The notes under the pieces are model-generated. The model was not told the DNA's origin. It did no database searches and worked only from the letters and a program-made list of their open reading frames with translations. This document shows, piece by piece, positions 12,275-26,128 of a stretch of DNA of 64,000 nt. This DNA is from the human T2T-CHM13v2.0 reference genome, Homo sapiens. The stretch lies in NCBI RefSeq assembly GCF_009914755.1, contig NC_060928.1. The stretch is one strand, 5' to 3'. The translations under genes and the position numbers were made by a program. The first letter of the stretch is position 1; the number at the start of each line of letters is the position of its first letter.

Positions 12275-12435
12275 GGGTTTGGGATCCGAGCTCTGCCACG
12301 AAACCGGCTGTGTGACCTCGCAGGACTTGCTGAACTTCTCTGAGCCTCGGTCCCCTGGTCAAAAAAATGTTGATGCAGCACGTCCCTCACTGGGAGCCGT
12401 GGGGACGAAACAAAATGCATAAGGGGCACACGGCG
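12275..12435 (+). mobile_element. MIR SINE
   Basis: gctctgccacgaaaccggctgtgtgacctcgcaggacttgctgaacttctctgagcctcggt matches the MIR body. Confidence 0.65.
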
Positions 12436-13630
12436 AATGGGTGAGCTGCTTTAGACAGTGGGAAGCCTCCTCCAGCCCCGCCGGGGCCCGGGGGTGCTGC
12501 TCTGGCTGTGGGTGGGGGTGGGGTGTGCAAGGGAAATGGGGTATCAAGAGGCTTCCTCCGGCTCCCTTTGATGTATACAACTGCCTCCAAGGGCACGTGA
12601 AACCCTTTGAGCCTAGGAGTTGGGGGCAGGAGAACTCTGAGAAAGGCTGCCCCTGGCAATTAGCTGCAGATCAGGTTTCTGCCTGGCGTCCCATGGGTCC
12701 TGTCAACAGAGGAGAAAGCCTGGAGCGGGGCCGCAGGTCCTTGGTCCACACATCCCCCTGGTTTCTCATGCCCACCCCTCTCCATGAGACTCTGCTTAGT
12801 AAATATTAATTTACCCTCAATTACTGATGACAGGTCGAGGAAGGCCTTGCCCGAGCCGCAGGATGAGGCTGTGTCCTTCAAAGCCGGCACCAAGCAATTA
12901 GGGCTAATGGTGTCTGCAGCAGGAGGCCCGTGTGGCTGGCCCCGTGGCCCATCCCCTGGCGGCTACCATGGCAGTGGCCCTGCTTTCGGGTCTGGAGAGT
13001 CGTCTCCCACCTCTCTTCCCAGGAAGGACAAGAAAGCAATGTTGCCAAGTGCCCAGGAGGACCCAGAGCTGGGAGGCCTGAGGACCCTGCCAAGCTGGTG
13101 AACACTGGCAACTAAGAAATGGGGTTCAGCTGTGCCCTGGGATTCCAGAAGCCCACATTTCTGAGGTTTGGCATTGGAACACAGAGGAGTGTAGGAGCCG
13201 ATGGTGGCACACTGTCACCACAGACGCCAGTGCAGGGAGCTGAGCAGAGAGGGCAGCCCTGGCCTCACCACACCTTGCTGGCTGGCAGCAGCAAATCACT
13301 GAGCCTGAGTCTCCTTGGCTGTTAAGTGGGGATACAGTGATTCCCTTGTGGGTGGTGGTGAGGATGGGATGAGACCATGGTCTGCTGTGACTCACGGTTG
13401 AGGTTCCTGAGTGTAAGTAGGTGGCCGTGTGTCCAAGGAGGCCCGTTCCCATGCCCTGAGAATTCAGAGGGTTTCGGAAAAGGGAACCCGCTATCATACA
13501 CTGAGGTCAGCTGAGAGGGAGCCTGATTGAAAGCCTCAGAAAATGAATCCAGAATGAATGAACTTAGGAGGCAGGGGGCGTGGCCTTTGCACACCTCAGC
13601 ACCATACAAAACCACCCAGTTCTTGCAAAG

Positions 13631-13980
13631 GTGTCAGCTCACCTGCTATAACAAAGTCCTACAGACTGGGTGGTTTAGAACCAGCAGACACTTATTTGTC
13701 ACAGTTCTGGAGGCTGGAAGTCTGAGACTGAGGTGCCAGCATGGCTGGGCTCTGGTGAGGACCTTCTTCCAGGTTGCAGACAGCTGCCTTCTCATAGTAT
13801 CCTCCTGTGGTAGGAAGAGACCTCTCTGAGGTTTCTTTAAAAGGGCAGTGATCCCATTCATGAGGGCCCATCCTCATGACCTGATCTTCTCCTAAAGGCT
13901 TCACAGCTTAGTACATCACTGTGGGGATTAGATTTTCATGGATGAACTGGAGGGGGGACACGAATCTTCACTCCCAAGCA
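13631..13980 (-). mobile_element. MLT1A-like MaLR solo LTR
   Basis: Antisense motifs gctataacaaa...cagactgggtggttta, cacagttctggaggctggaagtctgag, atcccattcatgagggc, cctcatgacctgatc. Confidence 0.85.
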
Positions 13981-14525
13981 AAAGGGCTGTCCAAGACCTC
14001 AGAATTCACCCTGCAGATGAAGAACACAGCCCCAAGGTGGGAACCCTGGGATGGGGTGGGCACCGGGCCAGGTCCTGGCTGCTGATCAGGGTGGCCTGCC
14101 CAGTGCACCTCTGCAGGTGACGGCACTGTCCTGAGGTCCTGTCGTCCCCTCCCACCCATGCCCCACCACGCCCTGCATCCTGGGACCTCGGTCTCCCACT
14201 CTCCCCACTGGGGCTCTGGAAAGTCAAGGTCACTGGGTGAGCTTGAGGATGCCCAACTCCTGCACGGTTCGCATCTGGCCCCTGGGACAGGCATCACTCT
14301 CACACCCACCCTGCTGCCACTCTCTGCGCACTCAGCACCCGCGGGAACCTGAACATTCCGCCTCCCAGGATGTGTCCAAGCCAGGGCTGGGACCCAGGGG
14401 GGCGGACAGGATTCAGCTTCCCCGGGGATTCAGGGTGCTCAGGCTGAAGGCCAGGCCCTCAACCTCTCAGGATGGGACAGAGCAGGGAAGGGAACATTCA
14501 CGTGGGCTGTGTGAGTGTTGGGAGG

Positions 14526-14906
14526 TGCGGTGCATTGAATTATGTCCCCCACATATCCATGTCCATCTGGAGCCTTAGAATATGACCTTATTCGGAAATA
14601 GGGTCTCTGTGGCTGTGATGAAGGTGAAGATAGAGATGAAGCTGTCTGGAGTAGGGTGGACCCAAGTCCAGTGATGGGCATCATTCTAAGAGGGGAGGAG
14701 GCATTGGGGTGCTGTGGCCACAGCCCAGGAATGCCTGGAGGTGACAGGAGCCGCAGAAGCAGGGAGAAGCCTCCCTCAGCCATTCAGGGGGGCTCCGCCG
14801 ACACCGTGGTCTGGACTTCTGGTTCCCGGGGCTGGAGAGGATCAGTGTCTGATATTTGAAGCCCCCCAGTTTGTGGTTATTATGGCAACCCCAGAAAATG
14901 AATCCA
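14526..14906 (+). mobile_element. MLT1C-like MaLR solo LTR
   Basis: ttgaattatgtccccc...tatgaccttattcggaaatagggtct...gccccccagtttgtggttattatggcaaccccagaaaatgaatcca; near-TSD GGAGG / GGAGA. Confidence 0.8.
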
Positions 14907-15229
14907 GGAGACACCGAGGCTGGCACGGGTTCTGCCCCCCACAGAGAAGATTGCCCCAAGACAGAGTCCCCCCAGGATTGCCCCCCAGAGCCAGAGCCAA
15001 GACCAGAGGTCATATTCCTGTGATTCCCATCTCCTGGGCTGTGGGCACGGAGCCCCAGGTCTGGCACAAGGTCCTCACTCGACTCAGCTCCTCCCATCCC
15101 TTTTGGCAAACAGGAATAAGAATTCAGTAAAAATGCAGGCCGGACCCTGCCGGACACAAGGGAACGTCTGTTGCTGGGTGCGTGGTGGCTGACGCTCCAC
15201 CTCAGCCATTTAAAAGGATTCATCAATGG

Positions 15230-15345
15230 CATCCTCGCAGCCACACTAAGAGACACTTTATTATTACCCTGTTTCACAGATGAGGAAACCGACGCACAAG
15301 GGGGTGAAGCAGCTTTCCCAGGCCACACAACAGTGTGTGGGGAGT
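15230..15345 (-). mobile_element. MIR SINE
   Basis: ttattaccctgtttcacagatgaggaaaccgacgcacaagggggtgaag...cccaggccacaca. Confidence 0.7.
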
Positions 15346-16098
15346 GGCGTCCCGCAGCCCTCCCCTTCCACACTTTCCTAACCTCTCAGCTGAGAAGGTG
15401 AATTCGTACTGATTAGAGTGTCAAGCTATCCGGTTAACAAGCCAGCATTCGCGGAGCTCCTGTGTGGAGCGCTGGGGACGGGCGCAGCGGGGAATTGCAC
15501 AGCCAGTCCCGGCAAACAGTGAGGAAATGTGAAGCCAGCGGGAGGCCTTCTTCACAGGAAGAGGCAGGAGAGGACTCAGGGGGGCATCTCTAGCCCTCCA
15601 CGCCTGTGTAGGGAGAGCACGAAACGGGTCACAGGCTCACAGGAGGAAGCGGATGTCACTTCACTCCCTCTCCAGCTGCCCTGTCCTCCTGGCCTTTCTG
15701 CCCCTGGGTGAGGCTAGCAATTCCACAACCTCTCCCCATTCCCCAGTGCCCGGGAACAGGGTGTGGCTCAGCACCCACCTGTCATGTTCTCCCCCCAGAG
15801 ACTTGGCCCTCCAGTGGGCCGGGGAGGGGGGCTGCTAGTGCTGGGCTGAGTCTCCTTCCCAAGGCCTGGCAGCACGGCTTTCCTTTAGGCGGGTATGGTG
15901 CCCCAGCAGCTTGCAGGAAACTCCTTTTTGCCTAAGTTAATCGGAACCGCTTTCTGTTGCTTGCAGCCAAAATCCTATCTGGTGCAGCAAGGCCTCCTGC
16001 AGGAAGCAGAACCTGAACTGGGCATTCCCTGGTGGTAGGACCTGTCCAGTTCAGGAGGAGAGGAGAGAGCCACCTGGCAAGGGCAGCTGCCCAAGTCA

Positions 16099-16155
16099 AG
16101 GTGTGGGGTGAGGGCGTGGGATGTGGGTGTGGGGTGTGGGCGTGGGGTGTGGGTG
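16099..16155 (+). repeat. G-rich (GGGTGT-like) tract
   Basis: ggggtgagggcgtgggatgtgggtgtggggtgtgggcgtggggtgtggg: eight G-runs of 3 or more. Confidence 0.8.
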
Positions 16156-17225
16156 CACTGACCATGTCCACAGGGACTGAGGAGACCATCTGGGAGGGCT
16201 GAGACCACAGGGAGGCAGGGCAGTGGGGGTGAAGAGACCCCTCCTGCCTCACCCCTTGCCACCCCTCCAACCCCTCAACTCCTGCTCAGCTTGGTGGCGG
16301 GAGCGCCACACTCAAGAGTCACCCTCCCAGTATGGACTGCATGTCATGTGGACAGTGCGTTGAGGGCAGGAGCCTGGGCTCTCACATCTCCGCATCCTTC
16401 ACACCTGAGCCCCACCCAGAGTAGGTGTGGGGCAATGCTGGGTGCATGAAAGAATCTAACTGTTGCAAACACAGGAATGATGCCACTGAGCCATCACTCT
16501 CACAAATGTCCAAGACTAATTTACGTGGAGGTACATGGCCCATGCTAAGTTGATCGTGGGATGGAAAGTTGGTCCTCCATGCCCGTGAGAAGTGCCAGTC
16601 CCGCTCCTGCAGCCCAGGGGCATTCAGTCCCTGCCAGGAGCAGGGCAGAGTGGAGCAGACAGCTGGAGACCATGTGGACAGATGTGGAGCTTGGCCACTG
16701 CTGGGGATGGGGGGAGGTCCTCATAGGAAGCCTATACAGACATCATGTGTCTGGGAAATGCCCTCGTCCCAGAGCCGTGTCAGGCCTGTGGTCTGCAGCA
16801 GTCAGAGATGAAAGCCAGTCCAAACTTTGACCAATGTCCCACTCTAACCACTGACAAGGTCAGGGCTGGGGCCTACAGAAAGAGCAGACCCCAAGACCCC
16901 ACCCTGCCCCCCAGAACCGGGCAGTGCAACCGGGGCAGCAGGACCCAAGCACACGAAGGGTCAAACAAAGCAACAGATCTGAGAGGCAGCTCCAGGGAGC
17001 CACAGAGATGTTTCCAAGACAGGGCATGATGGAGGCCTAATCAGTGCCACACAGCCCTCCTGTCCCTTCTGCTCCCTCTCTGGGGCTCCCTCTTCTATGT
17101 CCAGACCCTCTCCTCCCCACCATGGTCTCCTTACCTCCCTGGAAGCATTACGTCCTAGCCACCTGACCTCCTTGTAATCCAGTCCACACTGCTGCTTCAG
17201 GGACAGTTTCAAATGCCCCTGGGAC

Positions 17226-17586
<361 letters not shown>

Positions 17587-17820
17587 TCAGTGAGCACAGA
17601 GAACAACAAAACATGAAAACTGGTGAGAGTCTGCCAGCAGCATCCAGGCAATGACTTAAAGGGATAGCTGCCTGCCATGCTCATATTTTCACTGAAGTAA
17701 GCAAGGGAAACCGATCCCCGGGAGTCATGGCATGGCTCCTGAACACACTTCTGCATGGTAGAAGTCGTATTGTGGGGAGAGGGCAGGTTGACAGAATCCT
17801 AAGCACATCCATTGAAGGCT

Positions 17821-18120
17821 TATCAGCTTTGGAAGTTTCTATTGTCATATCCTTAAGCTCAGAATTAGTAGGCCATGTCCAGCCTACTAATAAACACGTC
17901 AAAGGCATTCTTCATTTCTGTGACAGTGTTTTTGATATCTAGCATTTCTTTTAAATTCTTTCTCAGAATCTTTCATATCTCTGCTTGCATTACCCATCTG
18001 TTCTTGCAATTCTTGGTCTGATAGTTTCAACATTCCTGCCATATCTGACTCTGATTCTGATACTAGTTTAGTCTCTTCAAACTGGCTTTTGCCTTTTAGT
18101 ATGCCTTGTAATTTTTATTG
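17821..18120 (-). mobile_element. Old L1M 5'/ORF1-region fragment
   Basis: Antisense ggaagtttctattgtcatatcc, caaaggcattcttcatttctgtgacagtgtttttgatatctagcatttc, agtatgccttgtaattttt typical of L1MC/MD 5' regions. Confidence 0.7.
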
Positions 18121-18299
18121 GACCTTCCCTTAATCAACCAGTGAGTATAGCAAACAACAACAAAACATAAAAACTGGTGAAAGTGTGCTGCTTTAAGGTA
18201 TGGTGGAAAAGGGTATGGGTGGACATCCTAGGAAAGACCCCTTGGGAACAAGGGACACAGGGTTTCAAGAGACACACAAAGTTTTTCAGGCCTTACCTT

Positions 18300-19100
18300 T
18301 TTAAATGTCTCCTGCTTATTTGAGAAAATGGCTAAAACCAAGGAATGAGAAACAAGCAAATCAGAGAAAAAAGGCAAAGATGTTGAAACAATCAGAGAGA
18401 GGGTAATAGAGGGACAAAATGATTCAAGAAAGGTAGTTGGTGGCCCTGAAGAGGATAACTCAACAATGGAACATAAATTATATTTTAAGATGTAACAGAA
18501 GACAATTTCCCTGATATAAAGGAAAGACTAATTTGCCAAATGAGCAGCAAGTAATTTTCCAGGGTAAGGTGATGGAGAATGAGCCACACTGATACAAATC
18601 CTGGTCAAATTATTGAACTTTGAAGATAAAGAGGCATTTTCAGCCATCCAGGCAGCAAAAAACAAGTTAGGCCGTTATCAGATGACTCCACAGTTTCATT
18701 CAATATCACAACACAAACTTCTGGAGGTAAGAACCTGTGGGTGGAAAAGTATGACAATAAAAACAGACAAGTTGCTCAAGTATAAAGGCAACAGGCCAAC
18801 ATTCTCAAACATGAACTAATTCTGGGCATACAGAAAAAATACTTGATAATAAAGTCCAGCTAACCAAAGATAAAAGAAAGAGAAGTTGTGATGAAAGGTA
18901 GCATTCAATTTCAGGAGACAGTAGAGCAATGGCTGCAATGGCTAAGGGAGAGAAAAATGTAGCCAAGAAATTCTATACCCAGCTAAGATGGCCATTGGGT
19001 ATAAAGGCAAAGCACAAGCATTCTCAAGTATGCAAGAATTCATAAAATATAACCTTTATGATTCTTCTTGTGGTAAAGATAACTTTTTGAAAAAAAAAAT
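18300..19100 (+). mobile_element. HAL1-like (L1 ORF1-related) remnant
   Basis: A-rich degenerate ORF1-like sequence: atcctggtcaaattattgaactttgaagataaaga, aagaaattctatacccagctaag (ILYPAK-like), tataaaggcaa...ttctcaa. Confidence 0.55.
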
Positions 19101-19111
19101 CTAGTTAAAAA

Positions 19112-19550
19112 ATGGAATCAACTGAAATGCGCATCAACAATAGACTGGACAAAGAAAACATGGTACATATACACCATGGAATACTATGCAGCCACAAAAA
19201 GGGATGAGATCATGTCCTTTGCAGGGACATAGATGGAGCTGGAAGCCATTATCCTCAGCAAACTAATGCAGGAACAGAAAATCAAACACCACATGTTCTC
19301 ACTTATAAGTGGGAGCCGAACAATTATATCACATGGACACAGGGAGGTGAACAACATGCACTGGGGTCTGTCAGGGAATGGGGTAGGGGGAGGGAGAGCG
19401 TTAGGAAAAATAGCTAATGCATGCTGGGCTTAATGCATAGGTGATGGGTTGAAAGGTGCAGCAAACAACCATGGCACATGTTTACCTACGTAACAAACCT
19501 GCACAACCTGCACATGTACCCCAGAACTAAAAATAAAAATTTTAAAAAAT
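19112..19550 (+). mobile_element. L1PA (older primate) 3' end
   Basis: atggtacatatacaccatggaatactatgcagcc...gagatcatgtcctttgcagggac (ORF track MELEAIILSKLMQEQK = ORF2 C-terminus), 3'UTR gtaacaaacctgcacaacctgcacatgtacccc, A-rich tail. Confidence 0.92.
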
Positions 19551-19716
19551 GATTAAAGTTTTTAAAAACATGAGATTAGAGAAGTTGTGGTTAAACAAAA
19601 GACTGAGGGTAAGCAATCAATTAAGATGTATACACTTTAATAACTATATGAATTAAGATTACAGAATTCATAAATGTTATAAACCTTGACAAAGTAAAAT
19701 CAATGATACAATAGAT

Positions 19717-21540
19717 AAAAAATCCTGGGATTTTGTTTGAAATTGCATTAAATCTATAGATTAGGAGTGGGCAAACTTTTTCTTAAAGGACCATATGGTA
19801 AATATTTTAGTCTTTGAGAACTATATAGTCTCTAGCACAAGTATTTAACTCTGCCATTGAAGTACAAAACCGCCATTGACAATACATCAAAGAATGGACA
19901 TGCTATTTTCTGATAAAATTTTACTTACAAGAATAGGCAGTCAGCCTAATGGTCATAGTTTACCAACCCCTACTAAATATCAATTGGAGGAAAAGGGACA
20001 CTTAACAATATTGAGTCTTCCAATCCATGAATATGGTATATCTCTCCATTTGTGTAGATCTTTAATTGCACTTAGCAATGTTTTGACTTTTTATAACTTA
20101 CATAACTTTTATTAAATTTATTTTGAATTATTTTGTATTACTCTAAATGGTATTTAAAATGTTTTAATTTCAATTTCCATTTTTTTTAAAAGTCAACTTC
20201 CAAACCATTGTTAGTATGGACAAATACTATTGAGCTTTTGTAAACTGACCTTGTCAGTATATAAATTATATATTTATAATTCATTCATTATACTCTAGAA
20301 GACTTTTGAAGATTCTTTATGGTTTCCTATATAGACAATCATGCTGCTGCAAATAAAGACTTTTTTTCCTTTCCAAAATGCATGCTTATTTTTTTAAAAA
20401 ATTCTCTTTCTTGCTGTACTGAATTGGCTAGGACCTCCTGTACGATAATAGACACATATGGTGAGAGCAGATCTCTTGTTTTATTCTCAGTCATTGTAGG
20501 GGGGATGCATTCAGTCAATCACTATTAAGTATTATGTTGTCTATTAAGTTTTTCATAGACAGCCTTTATCAAGTTAAGGAATATCCTTTCTATTCCTAGT
20601 TTGCTGAGAGTTCTTATTATGAATTGAGTTTTGAAGAACGAGTATTGCAGAATGATTTTTCTGCCTTTGTTAAAATGATTATATGACTGTCTCCTTATTC
20701 TGTTAATGTGGCAAAGTACATTGATTTATTTTTAAATCTTGAACCAACCTTGCATTCCTAGGATAAATCCTACTAGTCCTTATATACTATTCTTCTTATG
20801 TTCAGTTGAATTCAATTTGCTAATGTTTTGTTGAGTGTTTACATATATGTACGTGTGTGTGTGTATATATATATATGAAAGATATTGGCATAATATTTTC
20901 TTTTCTTGTAATTTATTTGTCTAGTTTTGTTATTGGGGTAATAATATTGGCCTCAAAAAATAAGTTTTAGCATTCCCCCTTCCTCCTCCTCTATTTTCTG
21001 AATCTCTGTGACATTTGTATTATTTTCTTCTTATAATATACTTTGATAAAATTCACCAGTGAAACCATCTGGATCTGGAATTTTCTTTGTAGAAAGATAT
21101 TTGGTAACAAATTAAATTTTTTCAGTAGTTATAGAGTTTTTCAGAATTTCTGTTTCTTCTTGAGTCAGTTTTGATAAACTACAGTTTTCAAGGAATCTGT
21201 CCATTTCATCTGTTATCAAATGTGTTGGCATAGGTTATTTGTAATATTCCCTTATTATCTTTTAATCTCAGTGAGATAGAAGTAAATTCAAAGTAAGTAG
21301 AAAAAGGAAGTAACATAGGTAAGAAGAAGTGAATTTAAAGTAAGTAGTAAAAGGAAATAATATCACTCTAAATACCTACATTAGAGAAGGAAAATGGTTT
21401 AAAATCAGTGATCTGTTTTTAAATCATTTCCTTCTCTAATATGGCATTTAAAAAATTAATTATATAGGAAGAATGTTTAGTTATATTCCACAAATTTTGA
21501 AATGTTTTCATGATAATTTATATTAAAATATTTTCTAATA
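19717..21540 (-). mobile_element. Old L1M ORF2 fragment (antisense), with MER58A inserted
   Basis: gaaattgcattaaatctatagat, aatattgagtcttccaatccatgaatatggtatatctctccattt, ccttctattcctagtttgctgagagt, ttcaccagtgaaaccatctgg are antisense L1 ORF2. Confidence 0.85.
19762..19972 (+). mobile_element. MER58A (hAT-Charlie) DNA transposon
   Basis: taggagtgggcaaactttttcttaaaggaccatatggtaaatattttag...tagtttaccaaccccta; degenerate 8-bp TSD CTATAGAT / CTAAATAT. Confidence 0.85.
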
Positions 21541-21845
21541 GGCCAGGCATGGTGGCTCATGCCTGTAATCCAAACACTTTTGAGACTAAGGTGGGTGGAT
21601 CATGAGGTCAGAAGTTCGAGACCAGCCTGACCAACATGGTGAAACCCTGTCCCTACTAAAAATACAAAAATTAACTGGGCATGATGGCGCACACCTGTAA
21701 TCCCAGCTACTCAGGAGGCTGAAGCAGAAGAATCACTTGAACCCAGGAGGCAGAGGTTGCACTGAGCCAAGATCATGCCACTGCACTCCAGCCTAGGTGG
21801 CAGAGCAAGATTCTGTCTCAAAAATAAATAAATAAATTAAATAAA
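21541..21845 (+). mobile_element. AluS (Sg-like)
   Basis: Full dimer ggccaggcatggtggctcatgcctgtaatc...ctgtctcaaaaataaataaataa. Confidence 0.95.
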
Positions 21846-22479
<634 letters not shown>

Positions 22480-23069
22480 AATGAATCTTTTATCCAGTTA
22501 TTAATGGAAATATCATGATTAAAAGTATAATTTTCCTGCATGAAAAGTTTAATAGATGGGATTAACAGCAGTGTGGAGACTGCAGAGGAAAAGTTTAGAG
22601 TACTTGAATACAGGTGGGGGAAACCTATCCAATTGTAAAAACAGAAATTGAAAGGATTGGAAAAAAGAACAAAGCATCAGTTCTAAACAATAGAAATGGT
22701 TTAACATATGTGCAATTGAAGTTCCAGAGGGGGAAAGAGAAAAAAAAAATGGAACAGCAAAAAAATAGGGAAATTGCAGTTGAAATTTTACCAAATTTAA
22801 TGAAGAACCTACAAATGAAGTGAGTCAAGATCTCAAAAGTCTACAGATCCCAAAAGCTTGGTAAGCCCAAGAGAACCACCCCTAAGCATGTTACAAGCAA
22901 ACAACAGAAAAATCCAAAAAATAAAAAGAAAAAAGAAAAGAAAAAATCTTAAAAGCACCAAACGAAAAGTGTACATCACTACAGGGAAGCAACAATAAGA
23001 ATCAATGATGATGATCTCTCAGCAGATACTATGGAGGCCAGAACATAAGGGCAACATCTTTAAGGAATT

Positions 23070-23343
23070 GAAAGAGAGAAGAGAAAGAAAGAAGAGAGAG
23101 ACAGAAAGAAGGAAGGGAAGGGAAGAGAGAAAGAAAGAAAGAAAAAAAAAGAAAGAAAAGAAAGAAAGAGAAAGAAAGAAAAGAAAAGAAAGAAAGAGAA
23201 AGAAAGAAAGAAAAAGAAAGAAAGAAAGAAGGAAGGAAGGAAGGAAAGAAAGAAAGAAAGAAGGAAAGAAAGAAAGAGAGGAAGGGAAAGAAAGAAAGAA
23301 GAGACAAAGAAAGAAGAAAGAAACAAGAAAGAAAGAAAGAAAG
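23070..23343 (+). repeat. (GAAA)n/(GGAA)n polypurine microsatellite
   Basis: About 270 bp almost exclusively A/G. Confidence 0.97.
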
Positions 23344-23643
23344 ATAGAGCTGCGACCCCAGAATTACATATCCATCAAAAATATCCTCAAGAAAGACATT
23401 TGCAGATCAAAAATACCCAAGAGAATTTGTTGCCAACAGAGCTGCACACCAAGGGATGTTACAGAAAGTTTCTTGTTTGTTTTTTTTGTTTGTTTTGTTT
23501 TTGGTTGAAGAGAAATTATAGTGGGTGAGAACATGGGTCTATAGGAAGAAAGAAAGATCACTAGAAAGAGTACATCTGTGGATAAATAAGAAAGACTACC
23601 TTGTACTTATCAATTTCTTTGAAAGTCAATGAGCTATTTAAAG

Positions 23644-23851
23644 CAGATCTGTCCACAGTAAGTTTCTCTGAGGACGGAAATGTTCCACATCTGTGCTGTC
23701 TCACAGGGTAGCCAATAGCCACAGGTGATCACTGAGCACTGAAAATGTGGCGAGAGTGATGGAAAAACTGAATCTTTAATTTTATTTCATTTTGTTAATT
23801 TAAATTTAAATAACTACATGTGGTTAGTGGCTATCGTATTGGGCAGTGAAG
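23644..23851 (+). mobile_element. MER3 (hAT-Charlie) DNA transposon
   Basis: ggaaatgttccacatctgtgctgtc...tttaaatttaaataactacatgtggttagtggctatcgtattgggcag; perfect 8-bp TSD ATTTAAAG (23636-23643, 23852-23859). Confidence 0.9.
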
Positions 23852-24065
23852 ATTTAAAGCAACAAATATGGTATTGTATTGGTGGGGGCATCATACTGTA
23901 TACAGAGGTAAGGTAATGGCAGCAGTCCTACAGAGGAGAGGGAAGCTGAATGGACTTGGGCAGTGGTCAGATCCTTACATTGCACATGAAACAGTATAAC
24001 ATCAACTCCAAGTAGATTCTGATTAAGTTAATGATGCATGTTGTAATCCCCAGAGAAATCACTCA

Positions 24066-24431
<366 letters not shown>

Positions 24432-24619
24432 CTAAACATATTTAGTTAGCCCAAAGTAAAGGAGAAACAGAAGAACAACAGAGGAACAAAAAAATTCAAA
24501 GAAACAAAGAGAAAAATAGGACAGACTTAAACCTAACCATATCAATAATTATATTAAGTGTAAATACATTTATTAAATGTAAATATAAAAGGCAGAGATA
24601 GACTGAAACATATCTATAT

Positions 24620-25000
24620 TATCTGCTTTAGATTTCTAACATCTGAACTATAACAGGATCTCTTTCTAGTAATGCTTTCTTTTAAATTATAGGTCATAGT
24701 TTCTTGCTTCTTTGTATGTCTAGTAATTTTTAATGTATTCTGGACATTATAAAATTGTAAATAATATGGATTATGTTATAAGGATGTTGAGCATTGTTCT
24801 GGCAGGCAGCTAAATTACTGGTAAATCTTTTTTATTCTGTGGGGCTTAGCTTTATTCTTTGTTGGGGGGGTGTACTTCAGTTTGATCTTAATTCTAAGGC
24901 GTGGTCCTTCCTCTAGGGTGTGATCCTTACTCCTAAGGCATGGCCTTTATGGGTCTCAACCAAATGTCCAAGTGCTCAATGAATTCTTGGCACTCTAACT
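24620..25000 (-). mobile_element. Old L1M 5'-region remnant
   Basis: ttcttgcttctttgtatgtctagtaatttttaatgtattctggacatt and ttgttctggcaggcagctaaattact resemble antisense L1ME 5' sequence. Confidence 0.5.
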
Positions 25001-25752
25001 GATCCAGAATCCCATGTCTCCCTGCACTTCACAGCCTCTGGAAACCCAGCGTAGCACGCAGCTAAGCACTGGATGGACGATCACTGGGGTGGCTTATGAA
25101 GACATGTCCTGTACATGTGCAGCACAGCCTGAGACGAGGATCTGCACTGACCTCACGGGGCTGCTGGGGCTGCTCATCTGTGTGTCTCCCTCGTCTGATA
25201 CGCTGCCCCCCAAATTCAGCAGCTCAAGCTCCAGTCTCTTTCTCTTCAGCTCAGTGAGATTCGGAGCTCCACGTGGGCTCCAGGAGGGAGAGGGCAGACA
25301 AAGCTCACCCACCTCCTTTGCTCCTCTTCTCTGGGGAACCACAAACCTGCTCTGCCTGTTGTCCAATATCTGAGCACAGTGGCCTCACATGTTCTCTACC
25401 GTTTCATCATTGTTTACACTGGGAGGGAAAATCCAGTACCTGTTATGCCAGAAGTGAAAATCCCAACAAATTCACTCTTAACTAAGCTTGAAATTCCTTG
25501 TTCTTCTGGAAATGTATATGTATGGGTCCAATCTGGCACATAGTAGGTGTTCGACAAATCACAAAAATTCTATGTTAATTAACTAATGCTCATCCCCCAT
25601 ATTTTGTAGTATTCAGTGTTTTCAAAGCATGTTTACATCCGTGGCCTCATCTGCACATCGTGATAGCCCTGTAAGAGGTTTTGGTTCGATATTATTTTCT
25701 TAGATGAAGAAACTCAGATTTCAACAGATCAAGTGATTCATCCAAAGTTGCC

Positions 25753-26128
<376 letters not shown>

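Noticed and set aside
14681-15373. 230-aa minus-strand ORF
   Set aside because: Spans a MIR and an MLT1 LTR; no protein family resemblance.
23005-23508. 167-aa Lys/Arg/Glu-rich ORF and the Phe/Ser-rich antisense ORFs
   Set aside because: Read-through of the GAAA microsatellite inside a decayed L1 ORF1.
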